A DNA stretch of 64,000 nt from Raillietiella orientalis (GCA_036172245.1 JAYWIR010000006.1:4774001-4838000), one strand, 5' to 3'. Shown: positions 37,951-50,960, numbered from the stretch's first letter. The notes: generated by a model from the letters alone, not told the origin. A program made the numbers and translations.

Positions 37951-40900
37951 ATGTCACCCATTGCGCCCACCGATGTGCGACTCTGTACCGCGTTTCCTGG
38001 CCCATGGGGTCCCTCGAGACAGAGAATTTCGCATCTGCCCTGCATCCCTTCGATAAGTGGATGGCTAAAGGAAGAAGAGAGGGAGCGGTCCTTCCCATTA
38101 GTGGATGGTCAAAGGAAGAAGAGTAGGGGTGACCCTTCCCATTAGTGAACGATCGTCGGGAAGAGCTCCAGAGAGCTCCATTTTTCTGGGATGGGAGGGA
38201 AGAGAATGCCGGGTCAGAAGAAGGGCAGAGGCGCTTCCAGTTGTGATGCCCGCGGTGACTGGCGGGATGTTTACTCGGCTCATGTTCGGAGCCATCCGCT
38301 GGAGGGTCCTCCCGGCAGCTCCGGGGAGAGATCGATGCCGCTGGAAAGACAGGAAAGGATGTCTCTTCATCTGCAGGAAAGCGCAGCCTCCCGCTCTCGA
38401 GACGCTCACTTAAACCCTCTGCCGTTTTAGCAAATGAGAATCCAGCCGATAACTCTCCAGGAAGTGGCTCACAGGAAGCCACTCGCCTGTCCCTATTAAG
38501 AGGGATCCTAAGTGGTGGCCGGCAGTTAGGCGCCGCCACCATCTCCCGGCGCGAAGGAAGGAAAGGTCCGTCTGGAACAAACAGGCGGTCACGACGGATT
38601 GAGGGGAGACCCCTCGAAGGAAAGCGACCTCGGGTGGCCTCCCCTCTTCTGCGGCGTACCCCAAGCGGACATTCTCTCACCCGAGAGGCCAAAGGATCAG
38701 GCCTTGCCCTCGTCGGCGACTCCAGCGCCCTGCAGGCGGTCCAACGGGCGGGCTCTCCGGCGGTCGGGGAAGTGGGGGGCGAGCCTGCTCGCCGAGGAGC
38801 GCTGGCACAGCTCGGCTCCACGCCCCGCAGGGGTCTCCCGCTCCGCCTCCTTCTTACCCGGAGACTCGAGCCGCAGCGAAGAGGATGGGGGGAGAGGGGG
38901 GGGGGGGGGAACGGAGCGCAGGAGTGCCGGCCGCGTGTCCCTGAGAGAGCGAGTCCGTGCCCGTCCGGCCCCGCGCGAGGCGGGCCAGACGCGGACGGGA
39001 CGCTCATTCATTTCACGTCCCATCTACCCCTTCCGGTTCGCAAGCGCGCGGCTTGTTGCACCGAGCGGCCGAGCTAATTAGGGAAACTTCCGGGAACGAA
39101 TCTCCGCCCACTTCGCGTGGAGCAGCTCAAATCCCTGGTTTTTCATTCCCCTCCTCCCTACCTCCCTCTCCCCCCCTCTTTTTTCTTGTTTTCCCTCCTC
39201 CGCAAGAAATGCGATCGTTTAATCCCCGCTCTGTAAATATCGCGCAGAATCCTCGGAGGACCCCCGCCTCCTACCTCCGTCGCGGGGGAAACGGAAAGTT
39301 CAGGGATTCGCAGCTTCCCTCACCTTTGCTTCCTTGACCCTCCGCCGGCCCGCTCCGCACCTCTGCTGCGTCCCCTGACGGTTGCCGGCACACCTCCTCT
39401 TCCCTCCCCCCTACCCGGGGAAGGCTAGTGAGATGCGAAGGCGGCTGCGAGCTGCACCGGACCATCGTCGCCGGCGCAACGAAGCTGCGCCTGCACGCGA
39501 GCGCGGTCGGGAGTGACGGATTCTCCCTGTCGAGGCGGTTACGCGCCTCCCCGCAGGGCCCGTGAGGCGTGAAAAATGGGCAGTTCCACCCGGGAATCAA
39601 AGATGCCTGAGGGAAAGGAGGAAGGGGGGGGGGGGGGAGGAATCAGCCTGGACGGACACGCGCTGCTTGGTCACTCGCGCGGTGCTTTGCAACCCGGGCC
39701 CGAGAGCCGGAAGGAGCCCACGGGGATCGCACGCGACCGGCGCTCTTGAGGGGCAGCAGCGAACAAAAGGAAAGCGAAAGTCACCACTGTCAAGGGAGAA
39801 GAAAAACTCTCGTCCTGCGAAACTCCACCTTCCTCCTCCCTCTTCCTTCCTCTTCTCGCCTTCCTTCTTCCTCCCCCTTTCTTCCTCCACCTCTTTCCCC
39901 TCCTCCCTCCTCCCTCCTCCCAGCGTGGAGCCTGCTTTCCCCCTCGCTGCGCGTCGCCAGACTTGGGTTCGAAGCGTTCGTCGGGCTTCATTCCCGGAGG
40001 TCGCCCGCGGGCTCCACACTGCCCGTCCGAATCTGCCGGGGAAGACGTCGTCGTCCTCCACGGCCTCGCCCTTTCGCGAAGGGGCGCGCACCCGGGGAGC
40101 GGCCCGTCGCGGGGTCAGTCAGCAGGTGGGCCGTTAGAGTGCGCTGTCACCCGCGCGTTCCGCCCCCCGTGGCAACGCGTCCGGGAGTTCGCCGCTGCAG
40201 ACGCCGCTCCGGAGCGGCGCGCATCAAATCAAAGCGTCCTTCCCCGCGTCCGCTGGGGAAATTCCGCTCCGCGTCCTGGCAGCAGCGGAGGGGGGAGCGG
40301 CGGCGCCCCGTCTCTCTCCCGGCGCTACTTCGAGCAGGCACGTAAGGTAATTGGGATCATTTGTTCCAGCTATTTACATTGCATGGGAACATTGAAAAAG
40401 TTGCTGCCAGCCCTGGAGATTTCCGGTTCGCACGAGACGTTCGCTCGCGTCTCCTTCCCTGCCGCCGCTGACTCCTCCGCGAAGGTCACCGATTTGAGAA
40501 GGATGTTCGATTTTCCTCCTCAGGGAAACTGGCAGAGGTTCTCCCCGCTCTTCCCTGCTCCTGCAACGGCTGCTTCCCTGCAGGGCGCCTCCTCGCTCGC
40601 CCCCATCTCTTCTCCCTCCTTTCGGTGCGGCCGCTGCTGCGTGCAGGCGCCTCGCCCCAAGGCGAGCGTCGCGGTCTGTCTCGGAGTCCGTGAAGCATCC
40701 GCATCCCGGGGGAGGAAGGGGGATGGGGACTTCCTGCGATCCGCGCGTCCGGAGGCAGAGGATCCGCTTGACTCCTCCCCCTCTCCGGAGACGCACTCGC
40801 TCGCCTGCGCGTGCTGCATGGGACGGGCCCGCCGCCAGTCGTCCGGGACGCTGAGCTTCTTTATTGCTCGAACGAAGTGTCGGGGAAGCTCCCCATATCT

Positions 40901-42762
40901 CCCCAGGGAAGACCCAAGGCTACCTTGGAAAGGGGACTGCACGTTGCCTGCAGGCGTGTGCGTGCTCACCGAACCCTGAGGATGTCCTCGGACAGCCCTC
41001 CTTCCGTGGTTATCAGATGATTTCTCCCACTTCGAGGACACTCCCGCACCAACTCTCCTAGAAGACGGGAGGACCGAAGCACCCACCCAGAGAAAGAGAA
41101 AGACTCATCCACGTGCTGGTAAAGAGGTTCCCACATCACCGAAGGAGGGACTAAAGAGGGGTGGATCGATAGGAAAATGGGGCCGGTGGTACTTCGTTAC
41201 CTCATTCCCTTCTCCCCTCATTTCTCGGGATTGCGTGCCTTTCTGAAGCTCTCCGCGCGCGTTCTTCGAGGGACACCACGGAGGAGCACGCAGGGAGCGG
41301 AGTGAGAAAGGCGGCGTCGAGGATGCCAACGGATCCTCACAGGTTCCGATCGGAAGCCACAGTTGTGACGGAGGAGTAAGAAAAGAGGAAGAGGAGAGAA
41401 GGAGGAAGAAAAGAGGGAAGGGAAGGTAGGACTAGTAGCTAGGCAACGCCTCTCTCTCCTCGCAGAGCAAACTGGAGGAGGAGACGTAGAACCGTGCACC
41501 AGATGAGTTCAGCAGATGCCCCGGTGTCCACCCGGAGGCGTTGGTGGCTGTGAAGAGAGAGCACGTAAGGGGGAGGGAGGAAGGGTTCCATCAAAAAAGA
41601 AGCGGCGGACCCATCCAACCAGGGCCTCGCAACCCACGGCAGGAAGGAGTAGGGAAAGATTCGGCGAGGGATGTTGGATGGGGGCGGGAACCAACCTCGC
41701 GGCGGTTCTTTGCCGTCCTTCGGTCAGGACGCGTCTTTTCTGCTCCCTCCCCTTCTTTGCCTCACCAGCTGTGCCCTAGTCTAAACGAAATCGCTCCGAG
41801 GCCCTCTCTTGCCTCACTTGTCACTTGGCCTGCGTTCCTCCTGGAGCGGATGAGCAGCGACTGCAAAGCCTCTGCCTGCGAACAATGTGACCTCTTCGTC
41901 CTTATTTCCTCCTCCCACCCACTCCTCCCACAGTCCCTCAGGTATCAGGACCTTGTTCGCTGGTCAGGGCTGCCATTCCAGGACTGCCTCCGGGTTGCAT
42001 GCACTTCAGAAGCGCTTTCTCGGGAGGGTCCCTGCGTTTCCTCCCATGCGCAGCGCGATGAATCCTGGCATCGCCGCCAGCCATAGGACAGGGTTTCCCT
42101 GCGCTTTTTTTTTACGCGCCCGACGTCATCAAGCGGCGCCGTATTTCCTCATTAAATTTGTGTTGCCGCGACGTAATGAATTTTCCTTACAGATTTTCAT
42201 TGAATTAGCGAAAGGGCGATGGGCGGCGAGCCCGGGTGCGCGAGACGCGCCAGGGACCCGGGACAACTCGGGGAAGCCACGGCGCGTCTGCTCCGACTTT
42301 CGCGAGGAAGGACCGTTCCCCACTTGCGGCTGGATACCGCGGATGGATAGAGATCTTCCCCAGTTCCGCTCGGGGACATGGCTCCCGCGGCTCGCCCCCC
42401 GAATGGCTACCGGTCGTCCGATCCACTTACCGCGCCGCGTCATTTGTCCGAATTAAGCAAATCCAATTCCACTCTAATCGGATTTCACTTCCAGCACACG
42501 CCTTCCTCACCCGGCCCTGCCTCTGAGATCCCATTCGTCACGAACCACTCCGCATTAAATCTTCATTCCCCAGAAAGAGGGCACGGCGTCAGCCGGGAGA
42601 GCGAAGAAAAAAAGCGAAGGGCGGAGGCAGCCCAGGAACTACAGCAGGGTTCCTCTTTCGGGGTCGTCCCCGCGGTAACTCCGAGGAAGAGGTCCGACAG
42701 CTGCGTGTCTTCCGCCCGCGGGAGCGCTTGGGAAGCCCTCTGGATCGCCTCCGAGGTCGTCA

Positions 42763-43108
42763 GAGGAAAATAGGAGGAAGAGGAAGGGATGAGGAGGAGG
42801 GGGAAAGGAAAAAGAGGAAGGGAAGAAGAGGAAAAGAAAGAAAAGAGGAAGACGGAAGAGGTATAGGGAGGAGGAGGAAGGAGACGAAGAGGAGTAAAAG
42901 GAGGGAAAGAGGGGAAGGAAGGGAAGAGGAGGAAGAGGAGGAGGAGAAAAAGAAGGTGGAAGGAAAGCAAGAAAACAGAAAGACAAAAGAGGTATTGAAG
43001 AGGAGGAGGAGGAGGAGGAAGAGAGGGCAAGAGGAAGATGGAAGAGGCGGAGAGGAAAAGAAAAGAAAGACGAAAGAAGGAAGAGAGGGGGAGGAGGAGG
43101 AAAGGAAC
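42763..43108. repeat. Polypurine (GA-rich) low-complexity tract
   Basis: About 345 bp almost entirely G/A. Confidence 0.9.
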
Positions 43109-44409
43109 AACATCAGACCTGACGTCATAGCAAGTGCGACCGCACTGACGTTCCGTTGCTGGCGCCAAACGGTGAGCCCACGTTGTTGCGAAGCGTATGA
43201 GGATCACGGAACTGTAAGAAGTCACTCACCTTCCTCTCCTTGACCTTCCTGTGGCTCACTTACTTCTCAGCAATGAAATCTGCGCCCATCATCCCGACGA
43301 TGCCCAATACATTGGCGGTCAGCTCGCGGAGCCACTTTCTATAAGCTGGAGAAGCGCGTACGTGGTGCTTGCTCCGGTTGCTTCCACAGGACGGCAGGGT
43401 GTCAGCAGCCCTGCCACTTCATGGCTGCCAAATCCCTTGCGCATCTGTCAGAGGCGGCAAGAAGGAAGCTACGGGCGTAACCCCTCTTGCGTTGCCCCCC
43501 AGCGATTCGAGAGGGCAATCCCAATGATTCTTCCATCCCTCTCGTCTCCTAGGGAGCGAGGTCGCACCAGAAGTCCAACGGTGAACAGTGCTCCCAACTC
43601 CTGAATAGGAGCGCTGGTTGTTCCCGCCTCCGAACTTGTTTCGAACTCTGTAAGCTTGAAAATTCCGGCACTCGTGGCCAATCCTTTCTTCTTCCTTCCA
43701 GGGACCTCAGTAAGCAAAGAGCACTTCTCTCTCCCTCCGCCTGCTGCCCTCTGTCCCTGAATTCGCTCGAAGAGATCGGACGCCGAGAGACGTCACGGTC
43801 TGGCTACCGCCTCCGCAAGACCAACATGAGGGCACCTGAAGGCCATCAGGGACCAACGCGTGTCCCCAAGCACCCGGTGTGACGCGGCGGGTGGACGAGA
43901 AAGCAGACTCGGAGACCGGTCATCCCCGATGGCGGTTCCACGTGCGAAACGGAGTGGAGACCGGATCGTTGCTTCGCGATGACCTTTGGGGCTGACGGAC
44001 TCATGGCGCCTTCACAGGGCACAACCACCCGCCCTGCCAGAGACGAGCAGTGCCAGACAGCAGCTTTCTCCTTCCCACACCTCCCGCTGCCGAGCGCCGA
44101 CTTCCCGGGGAGCGAGGGGGAGGAGATGCCTCGCGCCCGCACGAGGCATCTCCTCCCTCTCTTCAAAGCAATCGATGGCTCCGTTTCTCGCATTGTTCCC
44201 CCTCCTTCGCATCACCCCCGGCACTGCCCATCGCGGATTCACCCACTCTCGGATCGTGAGTGCCTTTTGCTCACCACGCACGCTCAATCCGTTCCGGGTT
44301 CCTCGTCAGTGGCTCGGAAGACCTCTGGCCTTTCCCGGTGTGCATCCCGGAGGAGCTTTTCCAAGGTCGCTTCCGCTCCGGCGCGCCAGCCGGACAGGTC
44401 GGTAGAGGC

Positions 44410-44691
44410 TCCGAAGAGTCAGGAGGACAAGGAAGATGAGGTTGCGCACCCGGCGTAGGCAGCGTTCGGGCGATCCGGAACGCTGGTCATTCTGGAGTTG
44501 GCCACTGCCCTGCAGAGGTTCTTCTCCCCGTCCGACGCCTCCTGCTGTGGGACTTCTGGAGGGGAGAAAACTCCGGTGGAAGACCAGGAAGGCCGGGACC
44601 AACGGCCAGGCATCGAAGCCAGCAGAAGGCAGCAACTGTTGGCGGACAGCGTGGTCAGGACACGAGCACGTGATCCTTCAGGGCAAAAGCG
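44410..44691 (+). repeat. Unclassified dispersed repeat of about 280 bp, copy A
   Basis: ttctccccgtc(c/t)ga(c/t)gcctcctgctgtgggacttctggaggg...gaccaggaaggccgg...caacggccaggcatc(g/a)aagccagcagaaggcagca is shared with 54008-54279, and more weakly with 52715-52930. Confidence 0.85.
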
Positions 44692-45095
44692 CGGAGAACC
44701 GCGCCGTCTTCTCTCCGACGAGCAACGTGTGCTCGGCGCGCTCCAGGACCGACCTGGCCATCAGGATGGCGCTGCTGACCATCAGTTCCCCCGACGGCGC
44801 CAGCGTCGTGCGTCCTCCCGTCAAGGCGTCCAGGGAGCTATCCCCCTGATCGTCAGGGCTGCTTGCCTTCGGGACTCACCCGCACCGTGCTCTCTCGCCG
44901 GCGGCGCATTCCCTCCTCCTCCAGCGCGTCCAGCGATGAACTGCGCCTTCCGGAGCCTCCTTGACCGCTGTGGAGGCGATCTGGAACCTCCAGGTGCTGA
45001 CCACGAAGGGGTCGTTCGCCTCGGAAGGGAGCAGAGAGAGGCCGACCGCCGCCGTCTCCACCGCAACCAGAACGCGGAGGAGAGGGAACCGCGGG
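44692..45095 (-). pseudogene. AGA: Aspartylglucosaminidase (AGA, type-2/Ntn asparaginase family) pseudogene fragment, N-terminal part, frameshifted
   Basis: Stitching minus-strand frames gives a hydrophobic leader, then DPFVVSTWRFQIA / SSLDALEE / SPDDQGDSSLDAL / THDAGAVGG / SSAILMARSVLERAEHTLLVGEKTARF. This is collinear with the AGA motifs PLVVNTWPF, SALDAVE, SPDExGETTLDAM, MDVGAVG and [20 protein letters not shown] (recalled, not searched). There are several frameshifts and a stop at 44876. Confidence 0.85.
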
Positions 45096-47189
45096 CAAGA
45101 CGTCCGTGGCCTGGAGGGCTGGTCACTATGAAGACGGCAGGCGGAGCGCGGAGAGCCTCGGGGAGTCGGAGGGTGGCCTTCTCGTCGGTTCCGGAAACAA
45201 CGTGGAAGGGATCCAGGAGGCATGCGACTCTGCAGCGACTCCACTTCAAGTGCCGGAGGACGGGTCTCTCATGGTTCCTCGGCAGCTTCCCCGTTCCAGG
45301 TGGGGAGTTGCCAGTCGCCTCTCGGCGGCAGCGCTGCCTCGGCGAACGTTGCGGGAAGCGAGGCGCGCTACTCCGCAGCATTTCGCCGAGACAAACTGCC
45401 CGGCGGCGCGGTTCCCTGGAGAACTGAAGGTCGCGCGCGATCGCTCCGAAACATCGCGACGCCACGCGAGGGGCTTTTTTCCCTCCTCTCCTTCCCCCTC
45501 CGGGGGTTGCGTGCGCATCCGATCCAGCGCAGCTTGGTGGCGAGCTCCGCTCTTCGACGGGACGGGAAGACGCCATCCTGAGGCGGTGGCGACGCCGCAT
45601 CCACTCATCCTGACGTCCTCTTCTTGACGGGCACTCTTGTTGCACGAGCGCTTCGCCCGCACGCGGCTGCGGCTGAGGCTCCCCGTGGCGCACAGTGGAC
45701 CTCCAATGCACGCGATCCGAGGATCTTCCCGGCAGCCGGTCGATCGCCGCCGCGTGACGCTCCCGAAAACCATTTGGCTCATGACGCGGCCTTTCCTCCG
45801 GAGCACCTGGCAACCCTGAGTGGCGCGACGGTCGCGAAGTGCAGAAAACCGGAGTGTCCTTGCGGCTGTACCTCGGGCGCTCCTGGCCGTGTGGCGCCCC
45901 TCGGCGGTGGGTCTTCTGCGACCTGGCGCGCTCCCGCAAGATGCTCAGCTGGGCTGGTGAGGGCGCGGCACGCTCCCCGCTGTGGACGGCTGACCAGGGC
46001 GGGGGCACCAAGGTGGAGCTCCGGGGAACGGCGGGGAGAACTCCGTTCTTATAGGCGGTAAGGGAGGCCTCCTGGTGACTTCCTTTCTACCGGATGCGCG
46101 TTCCTGTCCACCCGCGTTTTTCATCCCCATACGAGTGCCATCTAGAATCGGTTCCCAAAACTGTGACTCCTCCGAACAGCTCCGCCATCTCGCGCCGTTC
46201 CCGTGAACCAAGAGACCGAGCCTCTTTGGACCTTTCATTGGCGTTCGCAGACCTCAAGTACGTTTCCCTCGCAGGTGGGGAGCTCTGGATCCCCCTAGGT
46301 TGAGTAGGGCCGGAAGCAGAAGATCTGAACCAAAGATCGCAGTGGTCCATTCATCCAGGAGAAGCGTTGGTTGGGTTGCGGTCCGGCGTGCCTCCCGCAT
46401 GGGACCGGCGATGTAACTACCTCCCTGCAGCGGCTTACGCCCGCAGGCTACCCCTGAAAAAAGGGATGCTCTGCGCCGAGGATTCCGGCAGGAGGGCGCC
46501 CCACTGCTCCACTCTCAAGGAAGTATCGTTCGGACGCTTCGGAACGGGTCGTAGTCTCTGTGGTGCTCCGGGGTTCGTGGGGGTTCCGTTTCGGAACCTA
46601 CGCATTCCTCTCCCAACCCCTCATCAACGGTGGGATCACCCTGGTGCGCGCTCAGTTTGACATGGCTGATGGGAGGGGTGGACCCTCCCTGAGGGGGTCG
46701 AACCGTCGTCTTGCCGGAGAGGAGTCAGCTGCCTCCGTGGCCCCTCGCTACGCTCCGGGGCGTCCGCTAGCCACTTGGTGCAGGTGATGACCGCAGCGCC
46801 ATCGAGGGAGGGGGAGGCGAGATTCAACTTTCCCTTTGTTTCCTTCCTTCCCTCCCGAGGCTCCCCTCGGAGCGTGCAAGAAGAGGCGCTCGCTGCACGC
46901 CATCCCGGAAAGGAAGGGGTGTGATCGCGTGCGCGGCGCTCGCCTACGGGAGCCGCTGATTGGCCATCCTCCGGGCTTGCGGACGAGGGGCAGCGGGCGG
47001 ATCGCCGTATCGACAAAGCTCGTGGTAGCAGCTGCATCTCCCCCGAAGTTTCAGATCGAAGGACCACCAGCTTCCCACCGAACCCCTCCTCAGGAAGGCG
47101 TGCGTGACCCTTAACAAGGGAAGTGGCACCTCCTACGAGACGGCGGACCCACCGCCTAGTTGACCTCGACACGGACTTCGACCCGCAAT

Positions 47190-47720
47190 GGCGGCCGTGC
47201 AGTTGCAACCTCCGCTCCCGGAGGCACCAGGTGTCGCGGGTTCGAATCTCCGCAAGGAGGATGGAGACTGAGGGAGGGTAGTGCGTGGTGGATTTTGATT
47301 CCTCCCCCTTTCGCAGGATGGTGCCATCTGGCCTCCATTCGCTTGTGGCACCCATAGAAGCCCTTGCCGGCTGGCCTGAATTAGAAGTTGATTATCCGGG
47401 ATCACTCCAGGAATCAGGGAGCCGGTTCTCTTCCGGTGGAGGAGATACAGCCATCTTGCCCCTCGGGGCACCCTTCATCGCGTACCATGGAGCGCGTTGC
47501 TACTCCCTCAGAGTTGCCTCTTCAGAGTGCGAGAAGCGCGCTGCTCCCCTCGGAGAGCACCCCTTTGGAGTTCTCTTCAAGGGAGGAAAGGAGGAGAGAC
47601 TTTTTTCCGAGGGCCCCGATAGAGAGGATCAGGAAGAGAAACCCTCCGGGGTGCCCTTCGGAGACAACCAGGGCGGGGGTTTCCTTCTGGTTGCCCTTCG
47701 GAGACACCCACACGGTGCAG
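47190..47720 (+). mobile_element. tRNA-headed SINE-like element, copy 6
   Basis: ggaggcaccaggtgtcgcGGGTTCGAATCTCC near 47239, followed by gtaccatggagc and cttcagagtgcgagaagcgcgctgctcc. Confidence 0.68.
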
Positions 47721-48379
47721 GCGTGCTTCTTCGGTGCGCCTTCTGGCCTGAAGTTACAGGCTTTTTCCCCTTGGTGTTTGCGAGGTAGTGCATCGACAGT
47801 GTCCACATGGCATTCATGTCTGAGGGCACTGCGTAGGATGTCGTAGGAGAGGTCAATTTCTGTCCCGAAGCAATGGAAGTGGGAGCATCGGCCCCCACAG
47901 AATCGTCCCGCCGGGAGCGAGGAAAAGGAGCGCCATAGCTGCAGAGCCATAAACGGCAGCCATGGCTGAATCGAATGCTCACTGGGCCCAGAGCGACAAG
48001 CCTTCCCTGATTCGCAAGGCAGGAAAAGCGGAAAGCACTGCGCGCTCCTCTGCGAGGGAGTTTGGCAATTCAGATATCTCAGAGGGAGACCTGGAAAGTC
48101 CACCCACGCGAAGCGGGGAGCCAGCACGCTGAGCTGATCTGCAAGAACGCAGAGCTGGCGTAACGCTTGCTGAGGACCCCAACCACGGTTTGGGTCCTCA
48201 GCAAGGGAGTAGCAAGATCTCTGTGGGCATCGTGTTCCGCATGCCCAAGGACGAGATACACGCGGAGCTCGGAAAATGTGATTCAGCGCACGCGCCGTGA
48301 GCGAAGTCCAGCCTCTTCGAGGGCTTCGGGGAGCGGGCTGGCTGCAAGGCGCGTCACGGGGCCCAAGAGCGCGGGCTCC

Positions 48380-50960
48380 CCGCCAGCTGAGGATCGGCAA
48401 TGAGCTGGTCGATCTTCGGTACGCGGGGAAACCCAAGTATCGTGACCACTGTGACGTCACGGGATGTCTAAAAGAACGGGTGCCTGGACATCCAGTACCT
48501 CCTTTCTGGAAGCAAGGAACACGGGAACAAGCAAGGGACACAAAGGAAGGCAAGGAAGCAAGGGACACAAATCCCAGATCTCCTCCTTTAGGAGGAGATC
48601 TGGGATTGATCAGCAGCTGGAGTCTGATTCCCGTGGTGGGCGCGGACGCTAAGTTGCTGGCCAAACTATAGGCTGGGACGGGTTGCGGAGTCCGTAATTA
48701 GCCCGGAGCAGACCTACGCCGTTTTCGAGCGAAGGATGGATGCCAACCTGTACTTCGCCAGCACGTGGCTTGAGGCACAAAGAAGAGATGAGGGAAAGAA
48801 AGGAATTGCCAGCAACCCGGATCTCGGGGTGTCCTCTGGGCAGGGAAGACAAAATCCAGAAGGGAATAGGCGCCCTAGCTGTCGCAGTCAGCGTCGACCA
48901 GGAGGTTCTTCTGGAGCTCCGGGATGCATGGCTTCCCGGCCGCATTAAAAGCCTATCTGTGCTCCTGCTGACGCGATACACTGATAAACATTTCTTTGAG
49001 CAGTCAGAAAGTGGTGTGTCAGTTCGGCACGGCATAAGACAGGGAGACAGACTGAGTCCCCCGCTCTTTAACACCTACTCTGAGTTGGTGCTGAGGGCTT
49101 ACAGGAAGAATCTGACAATCCTGCCGAGCCGGTACTCGGTACACCTACCGTGTCGGAATATGCCGATGATCTGCTCCTGCTGTCCATGTCCGCCCCGGCA
49201 TCAGCACTCGAGAACTTTTTCGAGCTGTTAAGCCGCGAGACGGGCTTGGACGTGACCAGGGCAAAATCGTCTATGGTGGCAGTCGGTGTGACGTGGACAG
49301 GACGGCCTGACTGCATCCGCTTGAAGATCCCCACGGGTAGGTACCTGAAGTACCTAGGCTTTCCGTTAGGGGACTTCTGTCTAGCAGAAGCCTGGTCCTG
49401 TCGTCTCCAGAAAGTAGAAATGGAGCTTGGCCCGTTCCTGGAGGGCAAGTTGTACTTGTCGCAACGGGCCGCGGTCCGGAACACGTTCGTCCCTCTTCTC
49501 CTACGCCTCCTACTTTTGATTTGCAGCGTTTTTGCCGAGGTGAAAAAGCAGACGAAGGACCTCCTGCGAATTGCCCTGTGGGGCATTGGGAGAGTCCGAG
49601 TCTTGCTAAAGGACTCGTGTATTCCGCTCTGGGACAGCGGTCTCGATTTCCTGACACTGGAGCGGATGGAGCTCCAGCTGCGATGGCGGACAATAGCCAT
49701 CGCAGAGAAGTACTAGAGCATCCCCTAGTGAGTTTCCGCACGCCTCCTGGCCAGCCACCTTGTATCCCGAACAGAAGGACTTTCCTCCTACCTTCTGTGC
49801 CCCGGCCGGAAGGTCAGAAGATGCGGTCTCCTCCTCAGACGCATGACCGCCTTGGAGAACGATGGTCTGCTGCCCCACCAATTCTAGCGCCGGGCTAGAA
49901 ACAACTGTTGGCATGTGGACGAAGAGAAACGAGCCGAGCTCCGAAGAAGGGAATTGTCTGCTACTCGGCATCCACGCACGCTGCTCACTGAGAAAGATCT
50001 TTGAGAACGTGGGCGGAGACGATCCCCCTCGTTGCAATGATGCCTTCCTGAGGGAGGCACGTAGCAGAAACCGAACGCCGAGGTGGCAATTCTCCTGCAA
50101 GATTGCAGGCAGGCAGAAGTTGATGACTGGTTGGGCCATGGGGCATCTGGCGAATGCTGCGATCCCGAGTGTGCTTCCGCGAGGACTACAGCGTTGGTGC
50201 GAGCTGCCCGGTATTCTTAGTGAAGACCTGGAGTGGTCCCCAATGTTTAAGAATAGCAGCGCCCTTTCCCTGAAGTGGCGGGAGTCGACACTTCTGCTGT
50301 TTGCACCGGGGTCTCCCCTGCAATGCATGCCGACACCACTGAAGGCTGGGGAGTGCGAGTCCGGACTATCGCAGGTGCGGGGATCGCAATGGAATGAGTC
50401 GAACCGGCTGGCCACGAGTGAGAGCCGAGCCTAGCGGGAGCGCGTGCGAAGTCGTGTCAGGTCAACGCCACTGGGATCGGCACGCAGGAGGCTCTGTGGC
50501 GCCCTGTCGTCCACCATGTGGCCGACTAGCGCGAGTCCGGGAGGAGACTCGGGCTGAGGTCCGGGCGCCTGGAATCTGCTCCGCAGACGCAGTGCCCGTC
50601 AAGAAGACTCATTCTATTCAGCCTCCCGCACCTGCTTGTGCACTGCATTGCCCCCCAGCTCCTATTGGAACATTTGAGGACGACCATCTGGATCCAGGTT
50701 GGCACCCCAGGGACGTTTTACAAGTCTTCTTTGTGAGGGACGCCCTGCAGTCAGCCGCAGCCCCAGCAGGGTCCTGCTGCATCCGTGGGATTGTCTGGAG
50801 CGAAGCCGACCGAGGAAGAAACGGTAGGGACGCCGTCCAGTCTGCAGTTCTCTTTCTGGAGATAGAGGACAGATGGTCCCACGTGAGACCTATTCGGATG
50901 GACTTAGTCGTCATACTAGAAAGGAGGCAGACTTCCTCCAGTGGATAGTGGTCCCTTCCC
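48380..50960 (+). mobile_element. Degenerate non-LTR retrotransposon (L1/Tx1-like) ORF2: reverse transcriptase plus C-terminal zinc finger
   Basis: Motifs in the expected order across frameshifts and stops: SSWSLIPVVGADAKLLAKL (about WRPISLLNxDYKLLAK), VISPEQTYAVFERRMDANL, HGIRQGDRLSPPLF, YADD (49159-49170), GLDVTRAKS, YLKYLGFPL, LWDSGLDFL, KWRESTLLL, and QCP...HLLVHC near 50590-50650. An unrelated segment interrupts it at about 50380-50560. Confidence 0.88.
50381..50552 (+). repeat. Segment inside the LINE made of two blocks: A (50381-50466) and B (50479-50552)
   Basis: A is the reverse complement of 51444-51529, including an exact core of 48 bp. B is the reverse complement of about 51838-51912. 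Confidence 0.85.
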
